A stretch of DNA of 64,000 nucleotides from a virus: the IMG/VR virus record IMGVR_UViG_3300031539_000008, positions 38,605-102,604 of that record; one strand, 5' to 3'. The notes below the pieces were generated by a model. That model saw only the letters and a program-made list of their open reading frames with translations, was not told the origin of the DNA and ran no database searches. Within the stretch, counting starts at the first letter, position 1; every line of letters begins with the position of its first letter. Shown here one piece after another: positions 17,616 to 26,974 of this stretch. The translations under genes and the position numbers were made by a program.

Positions 17616-18317
17616 TCACATCCTGGTCAGAACACTGGGCAGGCGTCCACGGGATTTGGCGGCTTTCTTGCCGCCGTTGACCTGTGGCTTGGGAGCATAG
17701 TAGCGCTGTTCCCACTGCTTTGCAGCGCGCTTGGCCGCACTTATGGCGGTCTGCTCGCTGCGGTAGGGCTTGGAGGACGTGGCGGCGAGCTTGCTCTTTC
17801 GGTTGTCTTGCACCCAGAAGTGCCAGACGGTTCCGTCTCCGTCGACAGTGATGGAGAAGTCTTGCTCCGCCTCTGGATTGCGTCGTCTTCCAAGTCCACG
17901 CACAGACCAGTAGATCGGGTATCGGGCTCGTGAGTCGGCCCTGATGCGTCCACAGACTCGTGCAGCCCGGACAGAATCTCCGTGCCGCTTCGTTTGGTCG
18001 TCCACACACTGGTACCAGGGATAGGTGCCTGGCCCGCGTCGAGCCTTGTCTACCTTGCGACGTGCGGGGATGGTTTTCTGCTTCCTGGCCAGCTCGCCCG
18101 CAGCGCGCTGCAAGGTCTCTGACATGGCGAAGTCACCCGCGTTTTCCGCCTCGTAGATCAGGTCCGAAAGCCGGTCATGGTAGGCGACATAGCTCTCACC
18201 TTTCTTTCTGCGCGGGACGGCGGGACCACGTGGAATCAGCGCGGTTATTCGGCGCCTGGCAACCTTCTTGGTCGCCTTCTTTCTGCCCTTGCTAACCTTT
18301 TTCTTGGATCGGGCCAC
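17616..18317 (-). CDS. Modular basic protein
   Basis: GTG start MARSKKKV; YPWYQCVDDQ...AARVCGRI module; RRNP; ends LPSVLTRM. Confidence 0.7.
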   Translation of the reverse strand: MARSKKKVSKGRKKATKKVARRRITALIPRGPAVPRRKKGESYVAYHDRLSDLIYEAENAGDFAMSETLQRAAGELARKQKTIPARRKVDKARRGPGTYPWYQCVDDQTKRHGDSVRAARVCGRIRADSRARYPIYWSVRGLGRRRNPEAEQDFSITVDGDGTVWHFWVQDNRKSKLAATSSKPYRSEQTAISAAKRAAKQWEQRYYAPKPQVNGGKKAAKSRGRLPSVLTRM

Positions 18318-18318
18318 G

Positions 18319-18942
18319 CTACCCCTTCGGCCACTGTGATGGTGGAAGGGATAACTTCTCCTCCGCATCGAGAGACGCCCAGTTGGTACGATCGAACTCC
18401 TTGGCCATCTTGCTCAGCCAGGCGATGGCCGAACTCAGCGTCTTGGAGTCTCTTCGGGCCAGATATTCTCCCTCCGCCAAGATGATCGCCTCGTAGTGCT
18501 TGCTTCCCCACCGGTAGACGATCAGCTTGAACGGCCCCGTTGAGGCAGCGTAGTCCTGCTCGTAGACGTTCTCTGGGCTACCGTGGCGATCGGCCAAGCT
18601 ACGGTAGTAGTCGTACGCGGCCCCCTGAACCCCCTTGGACCCAGTGCCCCACATCAGGCGGTGGATGGATTCCTCGGTCTCCGTGCCTTCTGGATCGAGA
18701 TGCTCGTTGCCTTGCACAAGGTCGTCAGCCCACTCGGTGTTGCCGACGTACAGGTAGTACCTACGATCCCAGGGGAACAGATGCTCTCCGGGCCCGGAAG
18801 TTTGCGTCGGCTCTCCGCGCTCGATCTGGTACTTCCAGTCTGGGAAGCCAGGCACCCTGAATGAGCTGCGGTCCTTCTTCTGGCGAAGACCAATCGCCAT
18901 CGCACCAACGATGGCCATGCCCCAGATCAGTGGAAGTGGCAT
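18319..18942 (-). CDS. N-terminally anchored membrane protein
   Basis: MPLPLIWGMAIVGAMAIGLRQKK. Confidence 0.75.
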   Translation of the reverse strand: MPLPLIWGMAIVGAMAIGLRQKKDRSSFRVPGFPDWKYQIERGEPTQTSGPGEHLFPWDRRYYLYVGNTEWADDLVQGNEHLDPEGTETEESIHRLMWGTGSKGVQGAAYDYYRSLADRHGSPENVYEQDYAASTGPFKLIVYRWGSKHYEAIILAEGEYLARRDSKTLSSAIAWLSKMAKEFDRTNWASLDAEEKLSLPPSQWPKG

Positions 18943-19298
18943 CAGTCCTCCATGTCCTCGACCATCTCCTCGATGACCGTACGCTTGACAACGGGCGGCT
19001 TGGGTGCCAACGCCGGAACCGCTATCGTTCCGGCACCAGTCGTCGCGTTGAGCATGAGGCGCTGCGCAGCCTCCCCGGTCACAACGACCCCTTCGGCCTC
19101 GTTCTTCTTCTTGAACATGCGCTCCAGGACGCGGATGGCGAAGAATCCACCCGTCGCCGTGGCGGCGCCCATGAGGGCTCCGGCCCAGAAGGAGCTGCGG
19201 TCTCGCGATGTCTTGGCTGCGGTCTCACCTACACCGCGCGCCTGTCTCCGTTCTTCACGGCGCTTGCGCTGTTCTGGAGTGGAGTAGAGCGATGCCAT
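18942..19298 (-). CDS. Membrane protein
   Basis: FWAGALMGAATATGGFFAI TM segment; coupled to neighbour. Confidence 0.7.
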   Translation of the reverse strand: MASLYSTPEQRKRREERRQARGVGETAAKTSRDRSSFWAGALMGAATATGGFFAIRVLERMFKKKNEAEGVVVTGEAAQRLMLNATTGAGTIAVPALAPKPPVVKRTVIEEMVEDMED

Positions 19299-19307
19299 GG
19301 TCCTCGC

Positions 19308-19508
19308 CTATTCTGGGTCCCGCCCGAGTAGACCTCGGCCGATTTCTCGGCGCTCTTGGATGCGGTTGATCATGTCCCTGCCGACACCTGATGGGCTCGC
19401 CAGGCGCTTCTGGATCTCCTCAGTGGATAGCCCTTGGTCAACCCACTTGAGGATCTGGTTCACGAGTTCCAGTGCAGGATACACGATGGGGGCGAGTGGG
19501 GTGGTCAT
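19308..19508 (-). CDS. Hypothetical protein
   Basis: 66 aa, ATGA overlap. Confidence 0.55.
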   Translation of the reverse strand: MTTPLAPIVYPALELVNQILKWVDQGLSTEEIQKRLASPSGVGRDMINRIQERREIGRGLLGRDPE

Positions 19509-20611
19509 GCGGCTTCCTTTGCAGTCTTTGCGAGGCAGAACGCCAGGTTGGTCTCGATGCGCGGTCGCTGCAAGGCAGGGAGGCCATCGTTGGCCAGGAG
19601 TGCCTCGTTGGCCTGCCGTGCTTCCGCGTACCTACCGACCCAATATGCGGAAATCGCGTAGGCGTCCAACGCCATCCAGGTGTAGGCGGCATCCTCGACG
19701 TACAGGAGGTCTCGCTTCGGATAGGGGAGGTCGCGTGCAGCGCAGGCGTACACGTGTGCCATCGCGTATGCCTTGCTTTGTCGACACAGGGCAGAGAGTG
19801 CGACGAGCGGTTCTGACCGCTGCGGATTAGAGCGGTAAGCGGACAGGTATGAGGCGGCGACCACTTCATCCGTCGCTCCCGACCGGGCCTGGAGGACGCC
19901 GATCTGGTAGAGCGAGAACCACACCTCCTCGTACCATCCTACCATTTCGGCGCGCCTCCGATACCAGACGATGGCGCTTTCCAAGTCGCCGATGTCACGG
20001 TAGCTCTGCGCGAGATAGAACGTCGCCCGACTGTTTAGCGGATTTTCCTCAAGCTCGGCATGAAAATTGGAGATGTCGGCCTGATACTTCCTTTTTGGAT
20101 CCGCGCTCCGTCGGCGCGCTCCGTCGGACGGATGGCTGATTCTGATGCCGTCGATGTTTTCGCTACGAAATCCCTCGCGGCAGTTCAGCGCGCTGTGGCT
20201 TTTCGACCGGTAGAACCATGGCTTATCCGCTCGGATGAGGGTCGGCATCCTCCATGAACTTCCGCTCATGGTGATCCTGGCGAAGTACGCGTCCTCTGAG
20301 AGGTCAGGCAGCGCGAAGCCATCGTCGATCTCCCAGACGTAGGCGGCGTCTGAGAACAGCAGAAAGTCAGCGTGCGGTCTGGCCAGCTCCAGGGCCTCAG
20401 TACGGTTGGACCCGAAGTCGCGCCATGGGCGCTCGTGCAGCTCGCCGGGAATGTGCCCCAGGATGGCCTGGATCTTCTCCTTCGTGTCGTCCGTGGAGCC
20501 CGTGTCCACGATGCACCAGGAGTCGATGAGGTGCTTGATGGGCCCAAGGCAGCGCTCGATGACAGCGCCCTCGTCCTTCACGATCATGTTTAGGCAGATC
20601 GTCGTCCTCAT
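19505..20611 (-). CDS. GT2 glycosyltransferase with TPR-like C-terminus
   Basis: TICLNMIVKDEGAVIERCL, IVDTGSTDDT, DFGSNRTEAL; FYLAQSYRD TPR-like region. Confidence 0.88.
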   Translation of the reverse strand: MRTTICLNMIVKDEGAVIERCLGPIKHLIDSWCIVDTGSTDDTKEKIQAILGHIPGELHERPWRDFGSNRTEALELARPHADFLLFSDAAYVWEIDDGFALPDLSEDAYFARITMSGSSWRMPTLIRADKPWFYRSKSHSALNCREGFRSENIDGIRISHPSDGARRRSADPKRKYQADISNFHAELEENPLNSRATFYLAQSYRDIGDLESAIVWYRRRAEMVGWYEEVWFSLYQIGVLQARSGATDEVVAASYLSAYRSNPQRSEPLVALSALCRQSKAYAMAHVYACAARDLPYPKRDLLYVEDAAYTWMALDAYAISAYWVGRYAEARQANEALLANDGLPALQRPRIETNLAFCLAKTAKEAA

Positions 20612-21210
20612 GTCCTGCCCACTCCAATCCAGTATCCGTACTGGGTCTGCAACCGTCTCACCCAAATGACCGTGAGTTCCTGGAAGCATGGTTGGTACCA
20701 CCTGGCTGCGTCTGAATACCCAGAGAAATAGCGCACGTGTGCGGGGTCGTCAAAGTTGGGGACCGAGAAGATAACCAGCTTCCCACTTGGGATTCGACGG
20801 ATGAACCCTTGGTCGTCGTCGATGTGCTCAAATACCTCGGTGGCGATCACGGTATCGAAATCCCGGTCGAATACTTCACCGTCGCGCATGTCTGCGACGG
20901 CAAACGCCTCGGCTGGAATCTTTCCGGCATTCTTCCGACGTGCGATTTCGATTGCCTTCGGGGAAAAGTCGATTCCCGCGTAGGCGATCTTCGGCAAGTG
21001 TTGATTCAGGCAGCCCGCGAGCTGCCCAGGCCCGCATCCTATCTCGTAGATGGAGCTGGCGTTGTTAGCCGCCAACACATCCACAATTCGCATCCATACT
21101 GGGAGGTAGGGCGAGCCCTGCCACGGGTGCGAGTACCAGGAACTCTGTTCGTACATCCGGTCGTAGTACGAGTCGTCGAGCGCCTGGCTAGCCGTCCCTG
21201 CCTTCGGCAT
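20608..21210 (-). CDS. Class I SAM-dependent methyltransferase
   Basis: IYEIGCGPG, GIDFS, TEVFEHIDDD. Confidence 0.88.
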   Translation of the reverse strand: MPKAGTASQALDDSYYDRMYEQSSWYSHPWQGSPYLPVWMRIVDVLAANNASSIYEIGCGPGQLAGCLNQHLPKIAYAGIDFSPKAIEIARRKNAGKIPAEAFAVADMRDGEVFDRDFDTVIATEVFEHIDDDQGFIRRIPSGKLVIFSVPNFDDPAHVRYFSGYSDAARWYQPCFQELTVIWVRRLQTQYGYWIGVGRT

Positions 21211-21217
21211 CGGTGAG

Positions 21218-22177
21218 CTACAACTCCCAGAGACCGGTTGCGCGCCACTGAAGGGTTGACCCTGTGATTCCGGATCCGACGCCTGGACGAACCTGGAGGC
21301 CGAGCAGATCTCCAACCCCGAAAATCGCGGAGATAGGTGAGAATGCGAACAACACGGGCACGCCCTCAACCATGGGGAAGGGTCCGCTCGTGGAGATCAC
21401 CAGTAGCGGAGGAACGGCCACCGGCAAGTGCGCGAACGCACCTGGCTGCACAGGGGCCACGTTTGGTGGGACGAGATCGAGCAGGTCAATGCTGACTCCG
21501 CTGAAGCTCCCGGCACCAGGGAGATTTTGCGCGAAGGACATGATGACGGCAACAAGGCGTCCAGCGCGATCGGGGATCCACTCCCAGATCGGCCCTGGCG
21601 GCGCAGTGGGCAGCGCTCCTGGGACCCCCAAGTTCCAGTCCGTGCCGAAGGTGAGGCGGAACGGGTCGGGGATTCCTTCTCCGGCCGCGTCGTTGGAGTT
21701 GGTGTGATGCGTGCGGTGCTCTTGGATAATCGGCCCGGTTGGCCCTGTTGGTCCGACACCGCCAGTGCTGCCAGCAGGCCCTGTTGGTCCGACACCGCCA
21801 GTGCTGCCAGCAGGCCCTGTTGGTCCGACACCGCCAGTGCTGCCAGCAGGCCCTGTTGGGCCGACACCGCCAGTGCTGCCAGCAGGCCCTGTTGGGCCGG
21901 TGACCCCTGTTCCGGTTGGTCCCGTTGGTCCCGCGACGCCGGTGCTGCCAGCAGGCCCTGTTGGGCCGGTTGGTCCGACGGGACCAGGACCTGTTGGTCC
22001 GGTCGGACCAACGCTGCCTGTTCCGCCGGTTCCGCCGGTCGGGCCTGTTGGTCCTGTTCCGCCGGTGACGCCCATGGGTCCGGTTGGTCCCTCTGGTCCG
22101 GTTGGTCCGGTTCCGCCGGTATCAACCCACTGCTTCCACGGAGGGCCACCACCAAATCCTTTGACTCTTTGTACCAT
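21218..22177 (-). CDS. Collagen-like fibre/spike protein
   Basis: About 130 aa of G-X-Y (GPT-rich) repeats, then a beta-rich head. Confidence 0.85.
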   Translation of the reverse strand: MVQRVKGFGGGPPWKQWVDTGGTGPTGPEGPTGPMGVTGGTGPTGPTGGTGGTGSVGPTGPTGPGPVGPTGPTGPAGSTGVAGPTGPTGTGVTGPTGPAGSTGGVGPTGPAGSTGGVGPTGPAGSTGGVGPTGPAGSTGGVGPTGPTGPIIQEHRTHHTNSNDAAGEGIPDPFRLTFGTDWNLGVPGALPTAPPGPIWEWIPDRAGRLVAVIMSFAQNLPGAGSFSGVSIDLLDLVPPNVAPVQPGAFAHLPVAVPPLLVISTSGPFPMVEGVPVLFAFSPISAIFGVGDLLGLQVRPGVGSGITGSTLQWRATGLWEL

Positions 22178-22201
22178 CGTCCTTGCGCCTCTCGTGGCGA
22201 G

Positions 22202-22606
22202 CTAGGGAACACCCTTGACTCGCGCGAAATACTGCCCCGCTTCCGGCGGCAGGTCGTCGACTATTTTCTGAACCTCACGCATCAGCTCGGCGAAATCCGG
22301 GTCCTTCCCAGTGGCGCGTGCCAGCCAGTACGTCCGCAGCAAAGCCACCGCGGACTGGACCGCTTCGGCCACCTTCGCGTCCGCGTCGTAGGTTGAGCCA
22401 AAACACTCCTCCATTTCGGGGGTCTTAGGCTCGTATCGGCTCTCGCACCTTTCCGCTTCAGATCGGTAGTAGCCGTCCCACGTCGTTTCGGCCGCTCGCA
22501 AGCCCTCTTCCGTGTAGACCACGGCCTTGTTGGCGGAATGAGCGCATCCCATGGTCAGCAAGATGCTGACCATGGCGCACTGTAACCGTGTGGTGCACCA
22601 ACTCAT
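22202..22606 (-). CDS. Probable lipoprotein
   Basis: Hydrophobic stretch ending in a lipobox-like TMG-C; helical body. Confidence 0.6.
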   Translation of the reverse strand: MSWCTTRLQCAMVSILLTMGCAHSANKAVVYTEEGLRAAETTWDGYYRSEAERCESRYEPKTPEMEECFGSTYDADAKVAEAVQSAVALLRTYWLARATGKDPDFAELMREVQKIVDDLPPEAGQYFARVKGVP

Positions 22607-22622
22607 GGCAGCGCGGACCGGA

Positions 22623-22805
22623 TTAGGACGATGGACAGTTCAGCTTCCACTGCTGACCGCCGCCCCAACCTTGGAGCCGGCTTTCGCCCGACTGCGTGTG
22701 CATCTTCCACTGGCGACCCGCGCCCCATCCGGCGGTGGGCACCGTGGCGAGCGGCGTGCACAGCACCTTGTATGTGCTTGATCCGAAACCTTTTGCGATT
22801 GGCAT
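22623..22805 (-). CDS. Triple GWGxGxxWK-repeat mini-protein
   Basis: GFGSSTYK, GWGAGRQWK, GWGGGQQWK. Confidence 0.7.
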   Translation of the reverse strand: MPIAKGFGSSTYKVLCTPLATVPTAGWGAGRQWKMHTQSGESRLQGWGGGQQWKLNCPSS

Positions 22806-22856
22806 TTGGGAGTTCTCCTCGCTTGAGTCTACGCGGCCAGGCGCCGCGGGTACAGG

Positions 22857-23054
22857 CTAGTCCTGACCTCCGCAAAAGAGCTTCCACTGCGGTCCGCCGC
22901 CGATTCCCTGAAGTCGGTTACTTGGTCCGCCGCCGATGTGAAACATCTTCCATGGCCTACCCGCGCCCCACCCTCGGGCTCTCACGCCGAGGCTGTCGTC
23001 GCAGTACGTCTTCCAGGTTCCGGGTCCCCATCCTTGTACGATGATCAGCGCCAT
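22857..23054 (-). CDS. Triple GWGxGxxWK-repeat mini-protein (paralog)
   Basis: GWGPGTWK, GWGAGRPWK, GIGGGPQWK; GGAAG RBS before ATG 23054. Confidence 0.7.
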   Translation of the reverse strand: MALIIVQGWGPGTWKTYCDDSLGVRARGWGAGRPWKMFHIGGGPSNRLQGIGGGPQWKLFCGGQD

Positions 23055-23091
23055 GGTCCTTGCTTCCTTTTCTCGGGTTGGTGATTGAAGT

Positions 23092-23874
23092 CTACGCGGC
23101 CTCGCTGTTGTCGTACAGCCAGTCGAGCAAATGGGTTGCGCCGGGGTAGTCGCCCTCTTCTGCGCGTTCCCACATGAAGTCCGGGTCGGTGCCCGTCTCG
23201 GCGAGGGCGCGGTCGAACCGCTCACGTGTCCCTGGGGATCGCTCATGCTCCTCGTTGTAGTCGTCGATGAGCGAGGACGCGGCCATGCCACGACGCACTG
23301 CCAGCCAGTTCTGATGCACAGGCGGCATCGCCTTGAACACGGGATTGCGGATCACTCGCTTCACGAAGTCGGCCAGCATCACCACCGACTCCAGCGGCTC
23401 AAACACGAGATGAGGAGACTGATCGGCGAACGGTCCGTGCACCCCTCCCGCCGAGAGACCGGTAGCCGGAAGGAAGCCGAACCATCCACCTGATCCGAAA
23501 CACCAGTAGCGCCAGTCGTATGGGTTGTCGCCGTAATAGCCGCGACCGACGGCGCCCTTCCACAAGTTGCATGCCGCCTTGGCCTCGTTGTCAGCGCCCT
23601 TGGTCCCGGTGCGCAGCTTCACGTTGGGCGGCATCGCGCCGTAGTCGATTCCAAGTCCGACTAGATTCTTTCCTCCAGATTCCGTGTATGCCACGGCGGG
23701 CGCGAAGGCTGAAAAGCCGGGAAGGGCACCTGTGGCCTCGACCCATTCGGCCCAGGCCTGCGCATCTTTGAGCCCCCCGCTCAAAGATGCAGTAGACACC
23801 TTACTCTTGCTGCCGCGGCGGCGCCCTCCCCCTGCAAAGAGCAGGGCGGCGCCGCCGAGAAGCAGGAGTGGCAT
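23092..23874 (-). CDS. Membrane-anchored lysozyme-like/transglycosylase protein
   Basis: MPLLLLGGAALLFAGGGRRR anchor; AVAYTESGG catalytic Glu-like motif and SGGWFG. Confidence 0.55.
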   Translation of the reverse strand: MPLLLLGGAALLFAGGGRRRGSKSKVSTASLSGGLKDAQAWAEWVEATGALPGFSAFAPAVAYTESGGKNLVGLGIDYGAMPPNVKLRTGTKGADNEAKAACNLWKGAVGRGYYGDNPYDWRYWCFGSGGWFGFLPATGLSAGGVHGPFADQSPHLVFEPLESVVMLADFVKRVIRNPVFKAMPPVHQNWLAVRRGMAASSLIDDYNEEHERSPGTRERFDRALAETGTDPDFMWERAEEGDYPGATHLLDWLYDNSEAA

Positions 23875-23878
23875 GGCG

Positions 23879-24262
23879 CTAGCCACTGTCACCCTCGGAG
23901 GCGGGCGTTGTCTTGCGCTTGCGCTTCTTTCCCCGGAAGCTGGCGCGTTGCAGGCCGCCTAGCAGTCCCTGGACTGCGCGGCCGGCGAAGGCCGCCACGA
24001 GATCGTCGGGGTCCTCGTACTCATCGTCTCCGTCTCCGTCTCCGTCGTCATCCTCATCGGCCTCAGCGCGGCGAGATGTCTTCGTCTTCGTCTTCGTCTT
24101 CGGTCCCGGCTCGACTTCCATGGTCGGTATGTTCGGGTCGCTGGCGAGGCCCTTGACTGTCTCCCACAGCTCCTCCGCGGAGGAGCATATGTGGACATCC
24201 CCACCTGGGTCAGTCACGACCATGGTTTCGCCGTTTTTGGATTGGCGGATGTCGATCAGCAT
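23879..24262 (-). CDS. Acidic hypothetical protein
   Basis: 127 aa with KT and DG runs. Confidence 0.7.
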   Translation of the reverse strand: MLIDIRQSKNGETMVVTDPGGDVHICSSAEELWETVKGLASDPNIPTMEVEPGPKTKTKTKTSRRAEADEDDDGDGDGDDEYEDPDDLVAAFAGRAVQGLLGGLQRASFRGKKRKRKTTPASEGDSG

Positions 24263-24315
24263 CGGACACCCCCGATTCGATTGGCGTTGTCGAGTAGCAT
24301 GGCCGGGATTCTACC

Positions 24316-24981
24316 CTACCCGCCCGGCTGCTGCTGAAACTTCACCCAGGGGAATGGGCCGTCTGGCGAATAGAGGCCGTAGTAGGCCATCGAGGCGGCG
24401 ATGCTCGCGTCGCTGACGGTGGCAGACTCGAAAATTACCTCGCCGCTGTCCTCGTCGATCACGCGCGAGAAGTATCCGCCGAGGTCGTCGTCTGGCAGGA
24501 CGCACCAGCGGCGTCCGGGCTCCATGACCTCAAGCGGATCCAGCGTGTCGTCGATGGACTCCCACTGCTCAGTGGCCTCGTTGTAGGCCAGCCAGTCGAA
24601 GGGGCCCGGCTCCGCGTCATCGCACGCGCCCGCGGGCGGCTGGAACTGCGTCTGCGGATCCATGCTGTCCGCCATCTCCTCCAGAGCCGTCAGGACCTCC
24701 TCCATCGAGTTGGCCATCGGCCCGGATGTCCAGTTGCCGTCGAGAAGCAGCTCCCCCACGTACTTGGCGGTGCCGCTCGGTGTCGACCAGACTCGGTACT
24801 GGTAGGCCGTTCCGCCCTCGGACTCGATCTCACCCTCATCGACGATTTGGTCCTGATCCGCGGATCCGTTTCCTGATCCGGTCTGATCCGTGGATCCGTT
24901 TTGCGCACCGTAGCCGCGCTTCTTGCGTCCGAGGGCCATCAACACGATTGCGCCGATAGCGAGTGGGATGACAGCGTTCAT
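24316..24981 (-). CDS. N-anchored acidic membrane protein
   Basis: MNAVIPLAIGAIVLMALGRKKR. Confidence 0.75.
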   Translation of the reverse strand: MNAVIPLAIGAIVLMALGRKKRGYGAQNGSTDQTGSGNGSADQDQIVDEGEIESEGGTAYQYRVWSTPSGTAKYVGELLLDGNWTSGPMANSMEEVLTALEEMADSMDPQTQFQPPAGACDDAEPGPFDWLAYNEATEQWESIDDTLDPLEVMEPGRRWCVLPDDDLGGYFSRVIDEDSGEVIFESATVSDASIAASMAYYGLYSPDGPFPWVKFQQQPGG

Positions 24982-25508
24982 CGGATCATCCTCGCGAGCA
25001 GCCCCTCTGGGAGAGACCTGGGAAGTGTGGTTGACGCATATTGTACGCCCATGTCGTACCCATGCTGCATGGCCATCTGCATGGCCGTTTCTGAAAACGT
25101 CTGCTCGGAGAATATCATGGCGGCTGCCGGCCATGGGTCGCCCAGAGAACACCTGGGATCCGTCGCCAGCCTGGTTACTTCTTCGGCGTAAGCGCGTGCG
25201 AAGTCGATGTTGTCAGCCATGACCCCTGGGGCCGGGCCAAGTGCCTTGCGCAACACAACCAGCGTGGAATCTGGCGACGCCGCTTCCTCCGGGGTCATGG
25301 GGAACCCAAGATTGGTCATCCCCTTCGCCGCCAACTGGGCCACCCTGGCAAGCAAGCGGATGGCCTCCTGCTGTGTCTGCGGTGTGTACTGGATGGGGTT
25401 GCACTCAGCGTCAATGAAGTAGATGGACCCACCGCCTCCGCCCTTGGCCTTACCCTTGGCCACGGCTAGAAGCGCCGCGCCGCCAGCGATCAGGAGCCAG
25501 GGACTCAT
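24978..25508 (-). CDS. N-anchored membrane protein
   Basis: MSPWLLIAGGAALLAVAKGKAK. Confidence 0.75.
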   Translation of the reverse strand: MSPWLLIAGGAALLAVAKGKAKGGGGGSIYFIDAECNPIQYTPQTQQEAIRLLARVAQLAAKGMTNLGFPMTPEEAASPDSTLVVLRKALGPAPGVMADNIDFARAYAEEVTRLATDPRCSLGDPWPAAAMIFSEQTFSETAMQMAMQHGYDMGVQYASTTLPRSLPEGLLARMIR

Positions 25509-26029
25509 CCGAACGCCCCAGTCTCCGCGTCGTAGCGGATGTCCTTGATCCCACGCGCAGACAGCCCCGCGTTGACCATCTCCGCGATGCGGAGCAGCGC
25601 GTCGCGGTAGGGCAGGTACTCCTCCGGACAGGTGACCTCCAGGATGCAGGTCGGCGGCAACATGATCGGCGCCCCCGCGTTGTACGGGTAGGCGCCCCAG
25701 TAGCTCACCCGCGTCATCCATCCGCTGAGCCACTCCCCGCCCACCGGGGTCACGAAGCCGTCCTGGGTCATGCCCGGTACGCCCGCGTCGATCCCGTCCT
25801 GGCCGAGGAATGGCCCGACAGTGGGCAGATTCTCCAGGGCGATGTCGACGTATCCGGCCTCCCGGTCAGCCTGCTCGGCGGTGTCGGCATCCGGGGCTGG
25901 ACCTGGGCCGCCCTTCGGGAGCGTGCCGGTCACGTCGGTGACTCCACCCTTGCCGCCGTTTTTTGCGCGTCGACCGAGCATGACCATGGCACCGGCAACA
26001 GCGGCGAGATAGAAGATTGATTTGTTCAT
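25505..26029 (-). CDS. N-anchored membrane protein
   Basis: MNKSIFYLAAVAGAMVMLGRRAK. Confidence 0.75.
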   Translation of the reverse strand: MNKSIFYLAAVAGAMVMLGRRAKNGGKGGVTDVTGTLPKGGPGPAPDADTAEQADREAGYVDIALENLPTVGPFLGQDGIDAGVPGMTQDGFVTPVGGEWLSGWMTRVSYWGAYPYNAGAPIMLPPTCILEVTCPEEYLPYRDALLRIAEMVNAGLSARGIKDIRYDAETGAFG

Positions 26030-26973
26030 GGGAGATTGTCCTCTGGGGAAAATGGAGCGCCGCCTACAACGTCCTCTTGGATTCGGTCGCTAATCCACCG
26101 ATAGAACTCTTTGACGTTTCCGCTCGACCACTTCTTGTCGTCCAGCACGCACTCAGGACTCAGCTCATGGATGATGGACCGCGCAATTTGCATAGCCTTC
26201 TCCGTTGGGCCCCATCCTCCGTCTGGTCCGTAGTTGTAGAGGTAGTCGGCATACCCCATCGCGCTGTTTCCGGGGATGGCCAGCGCCTGTGCCAGTGTCG
26301 GAGCCTCCATGGCCATGTTGGACCAGAATCTGCGCCCGACGAGGGCGCCACACGCAGGGGTGAGCCACGCGCTGTTACCCTCCCAGTCGAATGAGCGAGC
26401 CTGGATGATCAGACTGATGGCGTTCTGAACGACGTAGGCGTATGCCTCGGTGCTATTTTTGAGGTCCGCGGGAAGTTTACCCAAGTCCAGGTCGATCTCA
26501 TTTTTGCTTCCCATCGTTCGGTCCCAGTAGAACGGGACATTCCTGATGTCCACCGCGTACTCTCCGACCTGCCCCGTGACCCCTCCGTCCATGTATGACA
26601 CTCCCGACGGCGGCAACTGCTGAAGCACGAACTCGATGTCGGGATTGGAGATGGCGGCCGGATTGATGACTTGGCCAAGGAGCCCCCAGTCCTCTGAGGC
26701 ATCCTCCCATCCTCCCACCAGCGGGATGCTGGTGAAGATGTAGATGGCGGCGGTGGCAGTGTCCATGGTGGCGATGGGCGCGTCGTACGACCCACTCATT
26801 TCCCCTACGGACTCCCTCTGGATCGACACATTGTCGGGCAGCCAATAACCGTCGAATTCCCTGGATCCTTTGTGGCCGAGCTTCTTTGCCGTGCGCGCCG
26901 CACTCTTGCCTGCCGACTTCGTCACGACGACAGCGGCAGCGCCGACCAGCATCAGTGCGACCAGCGGGTTCAT
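26026..26973 (-). CDS. N-anchored membrane protein
   Basis: MNPLVALMLVGAAAVVVTKS; WLTPACGALVGRRFW. Confidence 0.78.
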   Translation of the reverse strand: MNPLVALMLVGAAAVVVTKSAGKSAARTAKKLGHKGSREFDGYWLPDNVSIQRESVGEMSGSYDAPIATMDTATAAIYIFTSIPLVGGWEDASEDWGLLGQVINPAAISNPDIEFVLQQLPPSGVSYMDGGVTGQVGEYAVDIRNVPFYWDRTMGSKNEIDLDLGKLPADLKNSTEAYAYVVQNAISLIIQARSFDWEGNSAWLTPACGALVGRRFWSNMAMEAPTLAQALAIPGNSAMGYADYLYNYGPDGGWGPTEKAMQIARSIIHELSPECVLDDKKWSSGNVKEFYRWISDRIQEDVVGGAPFSPEDNLP

Positions 26974-26974
26974 T

